From positions 1 through 60,676 of the forward strand of contig MFHU01000012.1 in NCBI GenBank assembly GCA_001778695.1: 60,676 nt of DNA, given 5' to 3'. Below the pieces are notes generated by a model. The model had not been told where the DNA came from. It saw only the letters and a list, made by a program, of their open reading frames with translations, and did not search any database. Made by a program: the position numbers and the translations under genes. Below are positions 30,197-39,827 of this stretch, in pieces (positions within the stretch are counted from its first letter, which is position 1; each line of letters opens with the position of its first letter). The DNA comes from Candidatus Giovannonibacteria bacterium RIFCSPHIGHO2_12_FULL_44_22. Lineage in GTDB: Bacteria; Patescibacteriota; Minisyncoccia; UBA11713; 2-01-FULL-45-33.

Positions 30197-31159
30197 ATGA
30201 AAATTTATTTAAAAGTTTTCGCCGTGCTTCTGTCAGTACCTTTAGCTTTCGCTTCCGCTGTTGGCGAGGTTACTCTAAGCGCCGATACATCCATTATTAG
30301 TGTAAATAGCAAGAATTGGAATGTAACTGGCAACAGCGCCGTCCTAGATTCCATAACGGTAAGCGGTAGCAGTTTTAGTTTGACTATGTCGGCGGGGCAA
30401 ACGTTAAAAATCAGCTCTTCCGATAAACTTACCATAAGCATGTCCGAGACCGGTTCTATCCAGGGCTCGTTTACTTGCGGTTCTTCTGAAAGCACATATA
30501 CCATCACTAACCCGTCCGGAGGCGCGACCGCAACCTTTACTGTTACACCGGGAACAAGCGCATGCTCTTCCGGCGGTGGCATTGTAGGCGGCGGTGGCGG
30601 AGGAGGTGGCGGAGGGGGTGGCGGTGGTGGAGGAGGCGCGCCTATAATTCCTCCTCAAACTGGTATACCGGCTCTCGCTTCAGTTCCTGCTATAACTGTT
30701 GTTCAGCCCTCGGCTGTTGCCCAACCGTCAGCTGTTGCTCAAGCAGTGAGTCCCGTGTTTAATCGCAATCTTTCAATCGGAGCTAGAAATGATGATGTGA
30801 AGAGAGTTCAACAACTTTTAGCGCGGGATAAATCAATTTATCCGGAAGGATTAGCCACCGGTTATTTCGGAGCATTGACTAAAAAAGCTATAACCAATTT
30901 TCAATTGAAATACGGAGTTATTAAAAAAGCCACTGACCCGGGAAGCGGAAATTTAGGTCCCAAAACAAGAGCTAAGATAAAAGAGGTATTTGGCGGAAGC
31001 ACTGCTCTGGCACCAGTTGTAGCTCCAGTTGCTGCTCCCACGCCGGTTGCTGCCCCAACCCCAACCCCAACCCCAACTCCCATCGCTCCGACACCAGTAC
31101 CATCTTCCAGCGGTGTGCCGTGGTTCCTACAGCTTACGCCGGCTCCGCCCGCGCAATAA
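30197..31159 (+). CDS. Secreted protein with a poly-Gly tract, a PG-binding domain and a Pro/Ala/Thr-rich tail
   Basis: It has a signal peptide and a run of about 22 Gly. The PG_binding_1-like segment reads DDVKRVQQLL...IYPEGLATGYFGALTKKAI. The C-terminus has PTPTPTP repeats. Confidence 0.6.
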   Translation: MKIYLKVFAVLLSVPLAFASAVGEVTLSADTSIISVNSKNWNVTGNSAVLDSITVSGSSFSLTMSAGQTLKISSSDKLTISMSETGSIQGSFTCGSSESTYTITNPSGGATATFTVTPGTSACSSGGGIVGGGGGGGGGGGGGGGGGAPIIPPQTGIPALASVPAITVVQPSAVAQPSAVAQAVSPVFNRNLSIGARNDDVKRVQQLLARDKSIYPEGLATGYFGALTKKAITNFQLKYGVIKKATDPGSGNLGPKTRAKIKEVFGGSTALAPVVAPVAAPTPVAAPTPTPTPTPIAPTPVPSSSGVPWFLQLTPAPPAQ

Positions 31160-31162
31160 ATT

Positions 31163-32371
31163 TTACAGGGCGGTTTTGCGGTACAAGTTAATAGTTTCTT
31201 CCAGCATTTTTTCAAATGAGAATTTTTGAGAAGCTTTCTTTTTAAACGTTTCGCCATATTTTTTTCTAAGCTTAGGATTTTCTATCAAAGTTTTTATGGC
31301 CTCCGCTAGCGCTTCCGGATTTTTTGGTTTTACCAAAATTCCGCTTGTCTGATGTTCAAGTATTTCCGGAAGCCCGCCGACGCGGCTGGCCACTGCCGGA
31401 AGGTCCGCCAGCCCAGCTTCAACTAGCGCGTAGGTCAGAGCTTCGGTTGTGGACGGCAAGACAAAAATATCAAAAGCTTTTAAATAAGTTGCCGCATCCG
31501 GAACAAATCCGGCAATAAAAACTTCATGCTCCAAATCCAGAGCGATTATTTGCGATTTTAATTTTTGCTCGTCTTCTCCTCCTCCCAGAATAAAAATTTT
31601 AAACTTATGTCCGGATTTTTTGAGCAGATCCGCGGTTTCAATTAAATAGTTAAGCCCTTTATTTTGAGTGAGCTCCGCTATTGTGCCCAGCCATGGAAAC
31701 TCTCCGCCAGTAATATCAGTTTTATTTAAGAGAACCTGCCTCGCCGAGTCAAGGCGGGTAAGATCAGCCAGTTTTTTACGCGCCTGACTCTGGTTTAAAA
31801 ATTGCGGAGGCATAACACCGTTATATATTAGAAAAAATTTATGTTTTGAAAAGGGAAAATACATACCTTGGTTGAGCACCGCGCGGGAGACGGCAATCAC
31901 ACGGTCGCAAAACAAAACCGAAAGCCATTGTAAAAAGTAAATTATAACGCGGGCGAAATAAAAACGATCGTCGTTAAAACCCCAGCCGTGGGCGGTAAAA
32001 ATTACAAAAATTTTGCGGCGCGTAAAAAAAGAAGCCAGCCTGGCCGCAACCGCGCCCAGGCCGCCGATTTTGGAGCTGTTTAGATGCACAATATCAGGAT
32101 TTTCTTTTCTGAAGATCTGAAAAAGCGAGATTAATGAAAAGATTTCTTTGGCCGGATTGATGTCCCGCTCTAAAAAAGGTATCTTTATAGTGCGAACGCC
32201 GCGCTCGGCCAGTTTTTCTAAAAGTAGCCCCGACCCGCCCGCGGCTACCGCTATTTCAAAATCATTTTGAGACAAATTGGTCGCCAGATCATAAACATAT
32301 TTTTGCGCTCCGCCCCAGCTTGATTTGGTGATTACGTATAAAATTTTTATTTTTTTATTTGATTCCGACAT
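31163..32371 (-). CDS. Family 4 glycosyltransferase (GT-B)
   Basis: IKILYVITKSSWGGAQKY is at the N-terminus, and the C-terminal half has LPSTTEALTYALVEAGLADLPAVAS (E-x7-E region). Confidence 0.8.
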   Translation of the reverse strand: MSESNKKIKILYVITKSSWGGAQKYVYDLATNLSQNDFEIAVAAGGSGLLLEKLAERGVRTIKIPFLERDINPAKEIFSLISLFQIFRKENPDIVHLNSSKIGGLGAVAARLASFFTRRKIFVIFTAHGWGFNDDRFYFARVIIYFLQWLSVLFCDRVIAVSRAVLNQGMYFPFSKHKFFLIYNGVMPPQFLNQSQARKKLADLTRLDSARQVLLNKTDITGGEFPWLGTIAELTQNKGLNYLIETADLLKKSGHKFKIFILGGGEDEQKLKSQIIALDLEHEVFIAGFVPDAATYLKAFDIFVLPSTTEALTYALVEAGLADLPAVASRVGGLPEILEHQTSGILVKPKNPEALAEAIKTLIENPKLRKKYGETFKKKASQKFSFEKMLEETINLYRKTAL

Positions 32372-33791
32372 GTATAACTGGAATATTAAATCTCGATTGC
32401 TTGTAATTATTTTGCTTTTAGGAGACCTTTTATCGTTTTCTCTGGCTCTTTGGGTTTCCCTGACTATCCGCTATTTTTTTGTGCCTTACGGAAGCTATCT
32501 CCGGTCTTACCAGCTTTTTTTGGAAAATAATTTTCTTCCTTTTATTCTAGTTTTTCTGCTTTGGGTATTGGTTTTTTATTTAGCCGATTTTTACAGCACT
32601 TTGATAATAGGCTACCGCTTGTCTTTGGCCCAGAGCTTGCTCAAGATTCATTTTATAAACAGCGTCATCGCGGTTATATTTTTCTACATTTTTCTACCCT
32701 ATTTTTATATCGCTCCAAAAGTAAATCTGGCGCTCTACCTTGTTTTATCTTACGTTTTTATATTTTTGTGGCGTGGCTGGGGGCTCACGCATCTTAAAGC
32801 GGCATTCGGCGGCGGCGCGTTTTATTTTATCGGTCCCGAGACGGAATTAAAAGAACTTCTGGCTGCTTTTACTTACAATCCTTATTATAACAATTTAAAG
32901 GTTTTGGGCGCTAAAGCGTCCCAACACATAAAATCAGAAGCTGACATTGATCTTTCACAGATTGAAGCAGAAGCCACAAAAGGATTCTTCGCGGCAATAG
33001 TCGCGCCCACGGCTTTTGGTTCCTCTTACCAAGATAACGAACGGCTCGTTAGAAAGTTTTACGAACCTGTTTTCAAAGGAGTGCAATTTTTTAGCTTCCA
33101 GAAATTTTACGAATCGGTTTTTCATAAAATCCCAATATCGCTGGTGGACGAAACCTGGCTTTTAGAAAATATTTCGTCTCCCTCGCGAGATTTGTTTGAT
33201 TTCACAAAGAGGCTGATTGATATTTTGATTTCACTTTTTGCGGGGCTAGTCTCTTTGATTTTTTATCCCTTTGTAATTTTAGCGATTAAATTGGACGACG
33301 GCGGGCCGATTTTTTACGTGCCCGAACGCGTCGGGCAAAACGGTAAAAATTTCAGGCCTTTTAAATTTCGCACCATGAAAGTGGGGGCGCCTGTCAGCTG
33401 GTTCGGAAAAAATGATCCGCGGGTTACCCGTATTGGCAGATTTTTAAGAAAAACTTCTTTGGACGAATTGCCCCAGCTTTGGAATGTTTTTTTAGGCGAT
33501 ATTAGCATGGTAGGCCCTAGGCCCGATGTCGCGGATTTTGCCAAGGAGCTTGAACAAAAAATACCTTACTACAAAGTGCGCACACTAATAAAACCAGGGC
33601 TTGCCGGCTGGGCGCTGGTTTCTCAAAGAGTTATGGGAGAAAATCCCAGCTCTGTTGAAGAAACCCGGGAGCGCCTTGCCTATGATCTTTACTATATTAA
33701 AAACAGGTCGTTTATTTTGGATCTGGCTATTATTTTAAAAACAATCAAAATGGTTCTCATACGGATAGGGATTATAAGAAAAATCGCGTAG
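32370..33791 (+). CDS. Polyprenyl-phosphate glycosyl-1-phosphate transferase (WbaP/PglC-type bacterial sugar transferase)
   Basis: The C-terminal catalytic domain reads KRLIDI...PIFY.PERVGQNGK.F...KFRTM...DELPQLWNV..GDMS.VGPRP, and N-terminal TM helices are present. The start is taken at ATG 32370. Confidence 0.85.
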   Translation: MYNWNIKSRLLVIILLLGDLLSFSLALWVSLTIRYFFVPYGSYLRSYQLFLENNFLPFILVFLLWVLVFYLADFYSTLIIGYRLSLAQSLLKIHFINSVIAVIFFYIFLPYFYIAPKVNLALYLVLSYVFIFLWRGWGLTHLKAAFGGGAFYFIGPETELKELLAAFTYNPYYNNLKVLGAKASQHIKSEADIDLSQIEAEATKGFFAAIVAPTAFGSSYQDNERLVRKFYEPVFKGVQFFSFQKFYESVFHKIPISLVDETWLLENISSPSRDLFDFTKRLIDILISLFAGLVSLIFYPFVILAIKLDDGGPIFYVPERVGQNGKNFRPFKFRTMKVGAPVSWFGKNDPRVTRIGRFLRKTSLDELPQLWNVFLGDISMVGPRPDVADFAKELEQKIPYYKVRTLIKPGLAGWALVSQRVMGENPSSVEETRERLAYDLYYIKNRSFILDLAIILKTIKMVLIRIGIIRKIA

Positions 33792-33796
33792 CATAT

Positions 33797-34777
33797 ATGA
33801 AAATTTTTATAACAGGTTCATCAGGCTACATCGGGGGAATGCTGGTTGATAGATTTTCGGAAAATTCGGCAGTAACGAGCATTGTGGCTTTAGATATGGT
33901 CGCGCCGCCATCTTCGAAGTCCGGCAAAATTTCTTACATTACTTGCAATTTGGCCGACCCTGGCTGGGAAGAAAAAGTTTTAACTGGGGGGGCGCCTGAC
34001 ATTGTTATTCACTGCGCGTATGTAATCCGCGAGGGCTATGGCCAAAAAAGAAATTGGCAGATAAAATGCAACATAACTTCCGCCGAGCGAGTTTTTGATT
34101 TTGTTTTTAAAAATAAAATTCCGCGTCTGATTCATTTCTCAACCGCTGCTTCTTACGGAGCGCTCTCATCCAACTCAACTTCTAAAAAATTCAGAGAAGA
34201 AGACCCCCTGTCGGAAGCAAAATATTTATATGGGGTTGATAAAAAGATTATTGAAGAAAAATTACAAAATTTTTATGAAAAGTCAGGCGTTGAAACTCAA
34301 GTTGCGATAATCCGCCCGTGCGCAGTTACCGGCCCCCGCGGGCAATTTATATTCAAAAGATTCGGGCTTCTACAGATGGTAAAATACGGCCTTCCAATTG
34401 TGCCGATTACCGGGCCGGATTCCGCTAGGCAATATGTCCATGAGGATGATTTATGGGAAGCCGTAAGGTTTACGGCTTTCGGCGGCGTAACCGGAAATTT
34501 TGAGATATTTAATCTAGCGCCGGACGATTTTTTGTTGTTAAAAGACATAGCTAAAAATATCGGCAAAGTTTCGGTGCGAGTCCCAATGTGGTTAGGAAAG
34601 TTGGCGTTCGGCGCGCTTTGGCATCTTTCTCGCGGAAGGATTCCAACCGTGCCCGCCGGCATAAATTCTTTTACCTATCCTATTATTATTGACGGCTCAA
34701 AAATAACTCGTTTCGGTTTTAAATATCAATATTCCTCCAAAGAGGCGCTGAAAGCGGATTGTGGATATTATTCTTGA
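33797..34777 (+). CDS. NAD-dependent epimerase/dehydratase family protein
   Basis: It begins MKIFITGSSGYIGGML and has an SDR YxxxK region (YGVDKKIIE). Confidence 0.7.
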   Translation: MKIFITGSSGYIGGMLVDRFSENSAVTSIVALDMVAPPSSKSGKISYITCNLADPGWEEKVLTGGAPDIVIHCAYVIREGYGQKRNWQIKCNITSAERVFDFVFKNKIPRLIHFSTAASYGALSSNSTSKKFREEDPLSEAKYLYGVDKKIIEEKLQNFYEKSGVETQVAIIRPCAVTGPRGQFIFKRFGLLQMVKYGLPIVPITGPDSARQYVHEDDLWEAVRFTAFGGVTGNFEIFNLAPDDFLLLKDIAKNIGKVSVRVPMWLGKLAFGALWHLSRGRIPTVPAGINSFTYPIIIDGSKITRFGFKYQYSSKEALKADCGYYS

Positions 34778-34789
34778 CTTTTAAAACAG

Positions 34790-34995
34790 GAAGTGCTAGG
34801 ATGGAGTTATGTGAGTGTTGTCCGACCTTGCGTCGGGCTACAGTCTATGTCTGCACAAAGCCCACGATTTATCGGGGGTTTTGTGTTTTTATGCCAATTT
34901 TCGAGCTTGAGGGGGCTACGGAGGGTTGTACTCCTTCTATGTCATTTATGTGAGTGCCAGCTCCGTAACCCCCTAAAACGCGAAAGCTAATTAAA
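34790..34995. ncRNA. Candidate structured non-coding RNA (unassigned)
   Basis: This 226-nt convergent intergenic region is clearly GC-richer than its flanks. It has a 13-bp stem (GGGGGCTACGGAG...CTCCGTAACCCCC), the hairpin GTCCGAC-cttgc-GTCGGGC and a repeated ATGTGAGTG 9-mer. No known RNA family was recognised. Confidence 0.2.
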
Positions 34996-35003
34996 ATATT
35001 ATA

Positions 35004-35870
35004 TCAAAACCCCAGATATTGCACTTCTTCTTTCAGTCGGATGCCGTATTTTCGATAGACTCTTTGTTTTAAAATATCTATCAATTTTTTTGCTTCCTCG
35101 GCTTTTCCTCGGCCGTTGTTGACTATGAGGTTGGCGTGTTGCCGAGGCACATAAACTCCTCCGATTCTCATGCCTTTTGCGCCGATGCTCTCTAAAAGCA
35201 GGCCAGCCGGAATTTTTCCGCTTTTTGCCAAAACATTTTTAAAAATGCTGCCAGCGCACCGAAGACCGGGTTTATATCTTTTTTCTCTGATTTTTATAAT
35301 CTCTTTTGATTTTTTTGCGAGCTTTTGAGCGCCACCTTTTGGCAAATAAAATTCCGCGGCTAAAATTACCCACGGCTTTTTTCCGCCTTTGGCGGAAAAA
35401 ACGCTCTCGCGATACCCAAACTTGCAGTCTTTATTGAAAACCCATTTAATTTTTCGGCCGTCAAATATTTTTACTTTTTTCAAAAATTCCGAAATTTCCC
35501 GCCCGTAAGCTCCAGCATTTCCGTAAATAGCTCCTCCGACCGTGCCTGGGATTCCGGCAAGAGTTTCTAAGCTCGAAAGTCCTGCTGAATTCGCCGCGTT
35601 TACCAGCTTTCTCAATGGCAAACCGGCTTCGCAAAGTATTTTTTGGTTTTCTATTTTAAGACCGCTCGCGGAAATTTTTACTATAGTGCCTTTATATCCT
35701 TTGTCATTCGCGATAATATTCGTGCCGCCGCCTAAAATATAGTATTTAGCTTTTTTAAATTTTAAATCTTTTAGGGTCGCAATAAGCTCTATTTCGCTTT
35801 CGGCCGTGATGATTTTTTTAGCCGACCCGCCGAATTTAAAATTCGTGAGATGTTTTAATAAGTTATCCAC
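35004..35870 (-). CDS. murB: UDP-N-acetylenolpyruvoylglucosamine reductase
   Basis: The FAD-binding region is ILGGGTNI and the motifs [18 protein letters not shown] and AGSIFKN are present. Confidence 0.85.
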   Translation of the reverse strand: MDNLLKHLTNFKFGGSAKKIITAESEIELIATLKDLKFKKAKYYILGGGTNIIANDKGYKGTIVKISASGLKIENQKILCEAGLPLRKLVNAANSAGLSSLETLAGIPGTVGGAIYGNAGAYGREISEFLKKVKIFDGRKIKWVFNKDCKFGYRESVFSAKGGKKPWVILAAEFYLPKGGAQKLAKKSKEIIKIREKRYKPGLRCAGSIFKNVLAKSGKIPAGLLLESIGAKGMRIGGVYVPRQHANLIVNNGRGKAEEAKKLIDILKQRVYRKYGIRLKEEVQYLGF

Positions 35871-35887
35871 ATCTTGATATTAACACT

Positions 35888-36490
35888 ATGTCGTTTAATA
35901 TTAAATTAAGGATGGTTCCCAAGAAAATTTTTTTTACAAAAGGAGTCGGGACGCACAAAGAAAAACTGGCTTCTTTTGAACTTGCTTTAAGAGACGCGGG
36001 GATTGCTTATTGTAATTTGATTTTAGTTTCAAGTATTTTCCCGCCGGGATGCAAAAAGATTTCAAAAGAAGAGGGCGTAAAATTAATTCGGCCGGGCGAG
36101 ATTATTTTTTGCGTTTATGACAGAGAGCAGACAAACGAACCGAATCGTTTGATCGCGGCTTCTGTGGGCGTTGCAATTCCTGCAGACCAAGATCAGCACG
36201 GCTATCTTTCCGAGCATCACGCCTACGGCGAGACAGAAGAAAAAGCTGGAGAATACGCGGAAGATTTGGCCGCGAGCATGCTCGCGACTACCTTAGGAAT
36301 AGAATTTAACTCGGATACCGCGTGGGATGAGAGAGAACAACTTTTTAAAATGTCCGGCAAGATCGTAAAAACATCAAATATGACACAGTCGGCAATCGGA
36401 AATAAAGACGGCCTTTGGACGACCGTTTTTGCCGCCGCCGTGTTTGTGGAGGATAATAATGATAACACTATGGAACAAAAAACAGCATGA
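35888..36490 (+). CDS. pdaD: Pyruvoyl-dependent arginine decarboxylase
   Basis: [13 protein letters not shown]...[11 protein letters not shown]...[11 protein letters not shown] contains the Ser-Ser self-cleavage site. An alternative start is the Met at 35912. Confidence 0.75.
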   Translation: MSFNIKLRMVPKKIFFTKGVGTHKEKLASFELALRDAGIAYCNLILVSSIFPPGCKKISKEEGVKLIRPGEIIFCVYDREQTNEPNRLIAASVGVAIPADQDQHGYLSEHHAYGETEEKAGEYAEDLAASMLATTLGIEFNSDTAWDEREQLFKMSGKIVKTSNMTQSAIGNKDGLWTTVFAAAVFVEDNNDNTMEQKTA

Positions 36491-36837
36491 AAGTTTCGCT
36501 GAAAGGAACCAATATCGCGCTTTTGGAATCCACTAGAGAATATGTGGATAGGAAAATTGTCCGGATGGTGGAAAAATTACTTATCCGCGAGGGCGAAGCG
36601 GTCGCGCTTGATATTGAGGTTGGCAAAACGACTAAACATCACCGCGCCGGCAAGATTTTTCGCGCGGAGGCGAATTTGTCCGTTGGCAGGACACTGCTTC
36701 GCGCCGAAGCTTTGGGCGAAACTTTAAACGAAGCCATTGATTTGGCGGAAGATGAGCTTAAGCAGGAAATCAAAAAATTCAAAGAAAAAAGACGGACGAT
36801 GCTTTTGAAAGACGCGAGAAAAATAAAAGGCAGGTAA
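36487..36837 (+). CDS. hpf: Ribosome hibernation-promoting factor / RaiA family
   Basis: The 116-aa protein begins [24 protein letters not shown], a pattern typical of short HPF. Confidence 0.7.
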   Translation: MKVSLKGTNIALLESTREYVDRKIVRMVEKLLIREGEAVALDIEVGKTTKHHRAGKIFRAEANLSVGRTLLRAEALGETLNEAIDLAEDELKQEIKKFKEKRRTMLLKDARKIKGR

Positions 36838-36880
36838 AACCGGCTTTTTATTTTTCCAAGAAAAGCGTATAATACGCATC

Positions 36881-39493
36881 ATGTCAATTTTTGGGAAAAT
36901 TTTCGGAGATTCCAATGAAAAAGTCATAGAAAGCTTAAAGCCGATTGTTGAGGGAATAAATTTGCTGGAGGATGGCGTCCAAAAACTTTCGGATACGGAG
37001 CTAAAAAATAAAACAGGAGAGTTTAAAAAACGGCTTCAGGGTAGCTCCGACGCGAAGTTGGAGCAAGAAGAATTAGAGGCAATTCTTCCCGAGGCTTTTG
37101 CCGTAGTTAGAGAAGCAGCCAGGCGAACGCTGAATCAGCGGCATTTTGACGCGCAACTTATGGGCGGAATCGCGCTTCATCGGGGCGAAATCGCCGAGAT
37201 GAAAACCGGAGAAGGAAAAACTTTAGTGGCAACTCTGCCGGCGTATCTCAATGCTATTTCAGGGGGAGGCGTGCATATTGTGACGGTAAACGATTATCTT
37301 TCCCGGAGAGATGCCGCGTGGATGGGGCAAATTTACAACGCTCTCGGTCTTTCAGTGGGATGTTTGAATCATGAAATAAGTTATTTATATGACCCAGCGC
37401 ATACCGAAGGCGACAAAGAGCGCGATATTTTGGGCTCATTTAAAGTTGTCCACGAATTTTTGAAACCGGTTTCAAGAAGAGAAGCCTACGCCGCTGATAT
37501 TACTTACGGGACGAATAATGAATTCGGATTTGATTATTTAAGGGACAATATGGTTTATGCCCCGGCGCAGATGGCTCAGCACGGGCACAATTTCGCGATT
37601 GTGGACGAAGTTGATTCAATTTTAATTGACGAGGCGCGGACTCCTTTGATTATTTCTGCTCCCGACACGGAATCGGCCGAGCTTTATAAAGTTTTTTCTA
37701 AAATAGTGCCAAGGCTCAAAGAAAAAGACGATTACACTATTGATGAAAAAATGAAAACGGCGCTGATTACCGAACCAGGCATAGAAAAAATTGAGCAGAT
37801 GCTCGGGATAAAAGATATTTATTCGGAGAAAGGCATGAAATTTGTTCACCACCTGGAACAGGCGCTCCGCGCGGAAGCTTTGTTCCACAGGGATAAAGAT
37901 TATGTGGTAAAGAACGGAGAAGTGATAATAGTGGATGAATTTACCGGGCGGCTGATGCCCGGCCGAAGATGGTCGGACGGGCTCCATCAGGCAATTGAGG
38001 CAAAAGAAGGCGCGCATGTCCAGCAGGAATCGCGCACTTTGGCCACGATTACTTTTCAAAATTATTTCAGGCTTTATAAAAAACTTTCCGGCATGACGGG
38101 CACCGCCCAAACTTCCGCCGAGGAATTTCACAAAGTTTACAATTTGGAAGTCGTCCAAATTCCAACCAACAAGCAAATGGTCAGAAAAGATTTGGCCGAT
38201 AAAGTTTTGCAATCGGAAAATGGAAAATGGAAAGCGCTTATCAAAGAAATTAAAGAGCGCCACGAAAAAGGCCAGCCGGTGCTGGTGGGCACGGTTTCAA
38301 TTGGAAAAAACGAAAAGCTTTCGGCGATGCTTGGCCGCGAAGGCGTGGCGCATAAAATTTTAAACGCCAAAAATCATGAAGAGGAGGGTTCCATCATCGC
38401 CCAAGCCGGAAGATTCGGCGCGGTGACGGTTGCCACCAACATGGCCGGCCGGGGAGTGGACATAATTCTCGGAGGAAACCCGCCAAGTTTCGAGGAAGCA
38501 AGGAGAGTCAGCGAAGTCGGTGGGCTTTTGGTGATTGGCACGGAGCGGCACGAAGCGCGGAGAATTGACGACCAGCTTCGCGGAAGGTCCGGCCGGCAGG
38601 GCGACCCGGGCGAGTCGCAATTTTATGTTTCTTTGGAGGACGATCTGATGCGGATTTTCGCTTCCGACAAAATAAAAAATTTAATGGGCCGTTTCGGCAT
38701 CCCGGAGGAGGAGCCGATTGAAAATAAAATGGTTTCTTCCGCGATTGAATCGGCGCAGGGGAAAATTGAGGGATTTAATTTTGATCAAAGAAAGCATCTT
38801 TTAGATTACGACGATGTGATGAATAAGCAAAGGACGGCGTTATACTCCAGGCGCAAGAAATTGCTTTTTGCGAAAAGCGAAGAGTTGGAAGAGGAGGCGC
38901 TTAATTTGCTGGAGAATGTTTTATCAAGAATAGTTATAGCGCACACTGCGGGCTCACAGGACGAATGGGACAAAAAAGCAATTGAGGAAAATATTTTGAG
39001 TTTGGTAAATTCAAACGCCGACCAGGAAGAGCTTCATAAAAAAATTTCTGAGTCGTCAAACGCGGAAGAATTATTGGATTATCTTAAAAATTACATCAAA
39101 GCTTCTTTTTTGAAAAAGAAAGAAGTCGTTGACGGTTTCGCCGAAGCTCTTAGAATAATTATGCTCCAGGCGATTGACACTTTGTGGATGGAGCATCTGG
39201 AAGCGATGGAATATATGCGTTCCAGCGTGCGGCTCCGCGCTTACGGCCAAAAAGATCCTTTGGTAGAATATAAAAACGAAGGCGCGAGAATGTTTAAGGA
39301 GCTTGAGGGGCACATCAACGTCTACATCGCCAATTTAATTTTCAAAATCGGCATACAGCAAATGGCCCCGCATTCTCACTTGCCAACAATAAATGTCAGA
39401 AGTTCAACTTTTGACAAAAATGGTGAAATCGGCAGAAACGACCCCTGCCCTTGCGGTTCGGGGAAAAAATATAAGAAGTGTCATGGAAAATAA
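36881..39493 (+). CDS. secA: Preprotein translocase ATPase SecA
   Basis: It has the DEAD-motor motifs (MKTGEGKTL, IVDEVDSILIDEARTPLIIS, TGTA, TNMAGRGVDI) and the C-terminal Zn finger CPCGSGKKYKKCHG. Confidence 0.95.
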   Translation: MSIFGKIFGDSNEKVIESLKPIVEGINLLEDGVQKLSDTELKNKTGEFKKRLQGSSDAKLEQEELEAILPEAFAVVREAARRTLNQRHFDAQLMGGIALHRGEIAEMKTGEGKTLVATLPAYLNAISGGGVHIVTVNDYLSRRDAAWMGQIYNALGLSVGCLNHEISYLYDPAHTEGDKERDILGSFKVVHEFLKPVSRREAYAADITYGTNNEFGFDYLRDNMVYAPAQMAQHGHNFAIVDEVDSILIDEARTPLIISAPDTESAELYKVFSKIVPRLKEKDDYTIDEKMKTALITEPGIEKIEQMLGIKDIYSEKGMKFVHHLEQALRAEALFHRDKDYVVKNGEVIIVDEFTGRLMPGRRWSDGLHQAIEAKEGAHVQQESRTLATITFQNYFRLYKKLSGMTGTAQTSAEEFHKVYNLEVVQIPTNKQMVRKDLADKVLQSENGKWKALIKEIKERHEKGQPVLVGTVSIGKNEKLSAMLGREGVAHKILNAKNHEEEGSIIAQAGRFGAVTVATNMAGRGVDIILGGNPPSFEEARRVSEVGGLLVIGTERHEARRIDDQLRGRSGRQGDPGESQFYVSLEDDLMRIFASDKIKNLMGRFGIPEEEPIENKMVSSAIESAQGKIEGFNFDQRKHLLDYDDVMNKQRTALYSRRKKLLFAKSEELEEEALNLLENVLSRIVIAHTAGSQDEWDKKAIEENILSLVNSNADQEELHKKISESSNAEELLDYLKNYIKASFLKKKEVVDGFAEALRIIMLQAIDTLWMEHLEAMEYMRSSVRLRAYGQKDPLVEYKNEGARMFKELEGHINVYIANLIFKIGIQQMAPHSHLPTINVRSSTFDKNGEIGRNDPCPCGSGKKYKKCHGK

Positions 39494-39806
39494 AAATATG
39501 GAAAATCAAAATCAATATCTGCATGAGGTGGTGATTACGGCTATTGTCGTAAAGGACGGGAAATATCTAGTTACCAAGCGCTCTCCGAACAAAAAGCGCT
39601 GGCCAAACTTATGGACGGTTCCGGGCGGAAGATTGGAAATATCCGATTACGCGAATTTTCCCAAAGACACCGGAGATTATTGGTACAACGTTTTAGAAGA
39701 AGCGAAAAATTATAAATTGATTGACGGAATTTATGACGAGCTCGCGATGGCTGAAAACCGCAGGCGGGGCAAAAAAACCGAGTGGCAAAGAGTAGAAAAA
39801 ATATAA
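39483..39806 (+). pseudogene. Truncated NUDIX-like gene lacking the catalytic REx2EE part of the Nudix box
   Basis: VVITAIVVKDGKYLVTKRSPNKKRWPNLWTVPGGRLE matches the Nudix N-terminal half. After ...WYNVLEE the expected REVxEExG is absent and the ORF ends about 40 aa later. The start overlaps the secA stop region. Confidence 0.45.
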
Positions 39807-39827
39807 AAAAGAGGTTATAATGTACGC

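Noticed and set aside
34790-34995. Assignment of the GC-rich intergenic region to tmRNA, SRP RNA, RNase P RNA or 6S RNA.
   Set aside because: I could not find the diagnostic sequences: no tRNA-like GGGG.../...CCACCA ends or tag ORF, no GGAA-tetraloop SRP domain IV motif, and no GAGGAAAGTCC-type RNase P block. It is left as an unassigned candidate only.
39393-39482. Upstream extension of the NUDIX-like ORF, overlapping 100 nt of secA.
   Set aside because: The extension is an alternate frame of the well-conserved secA C-terminus. The Met at 39483 or 39498 fits the Nudix N-terminus.
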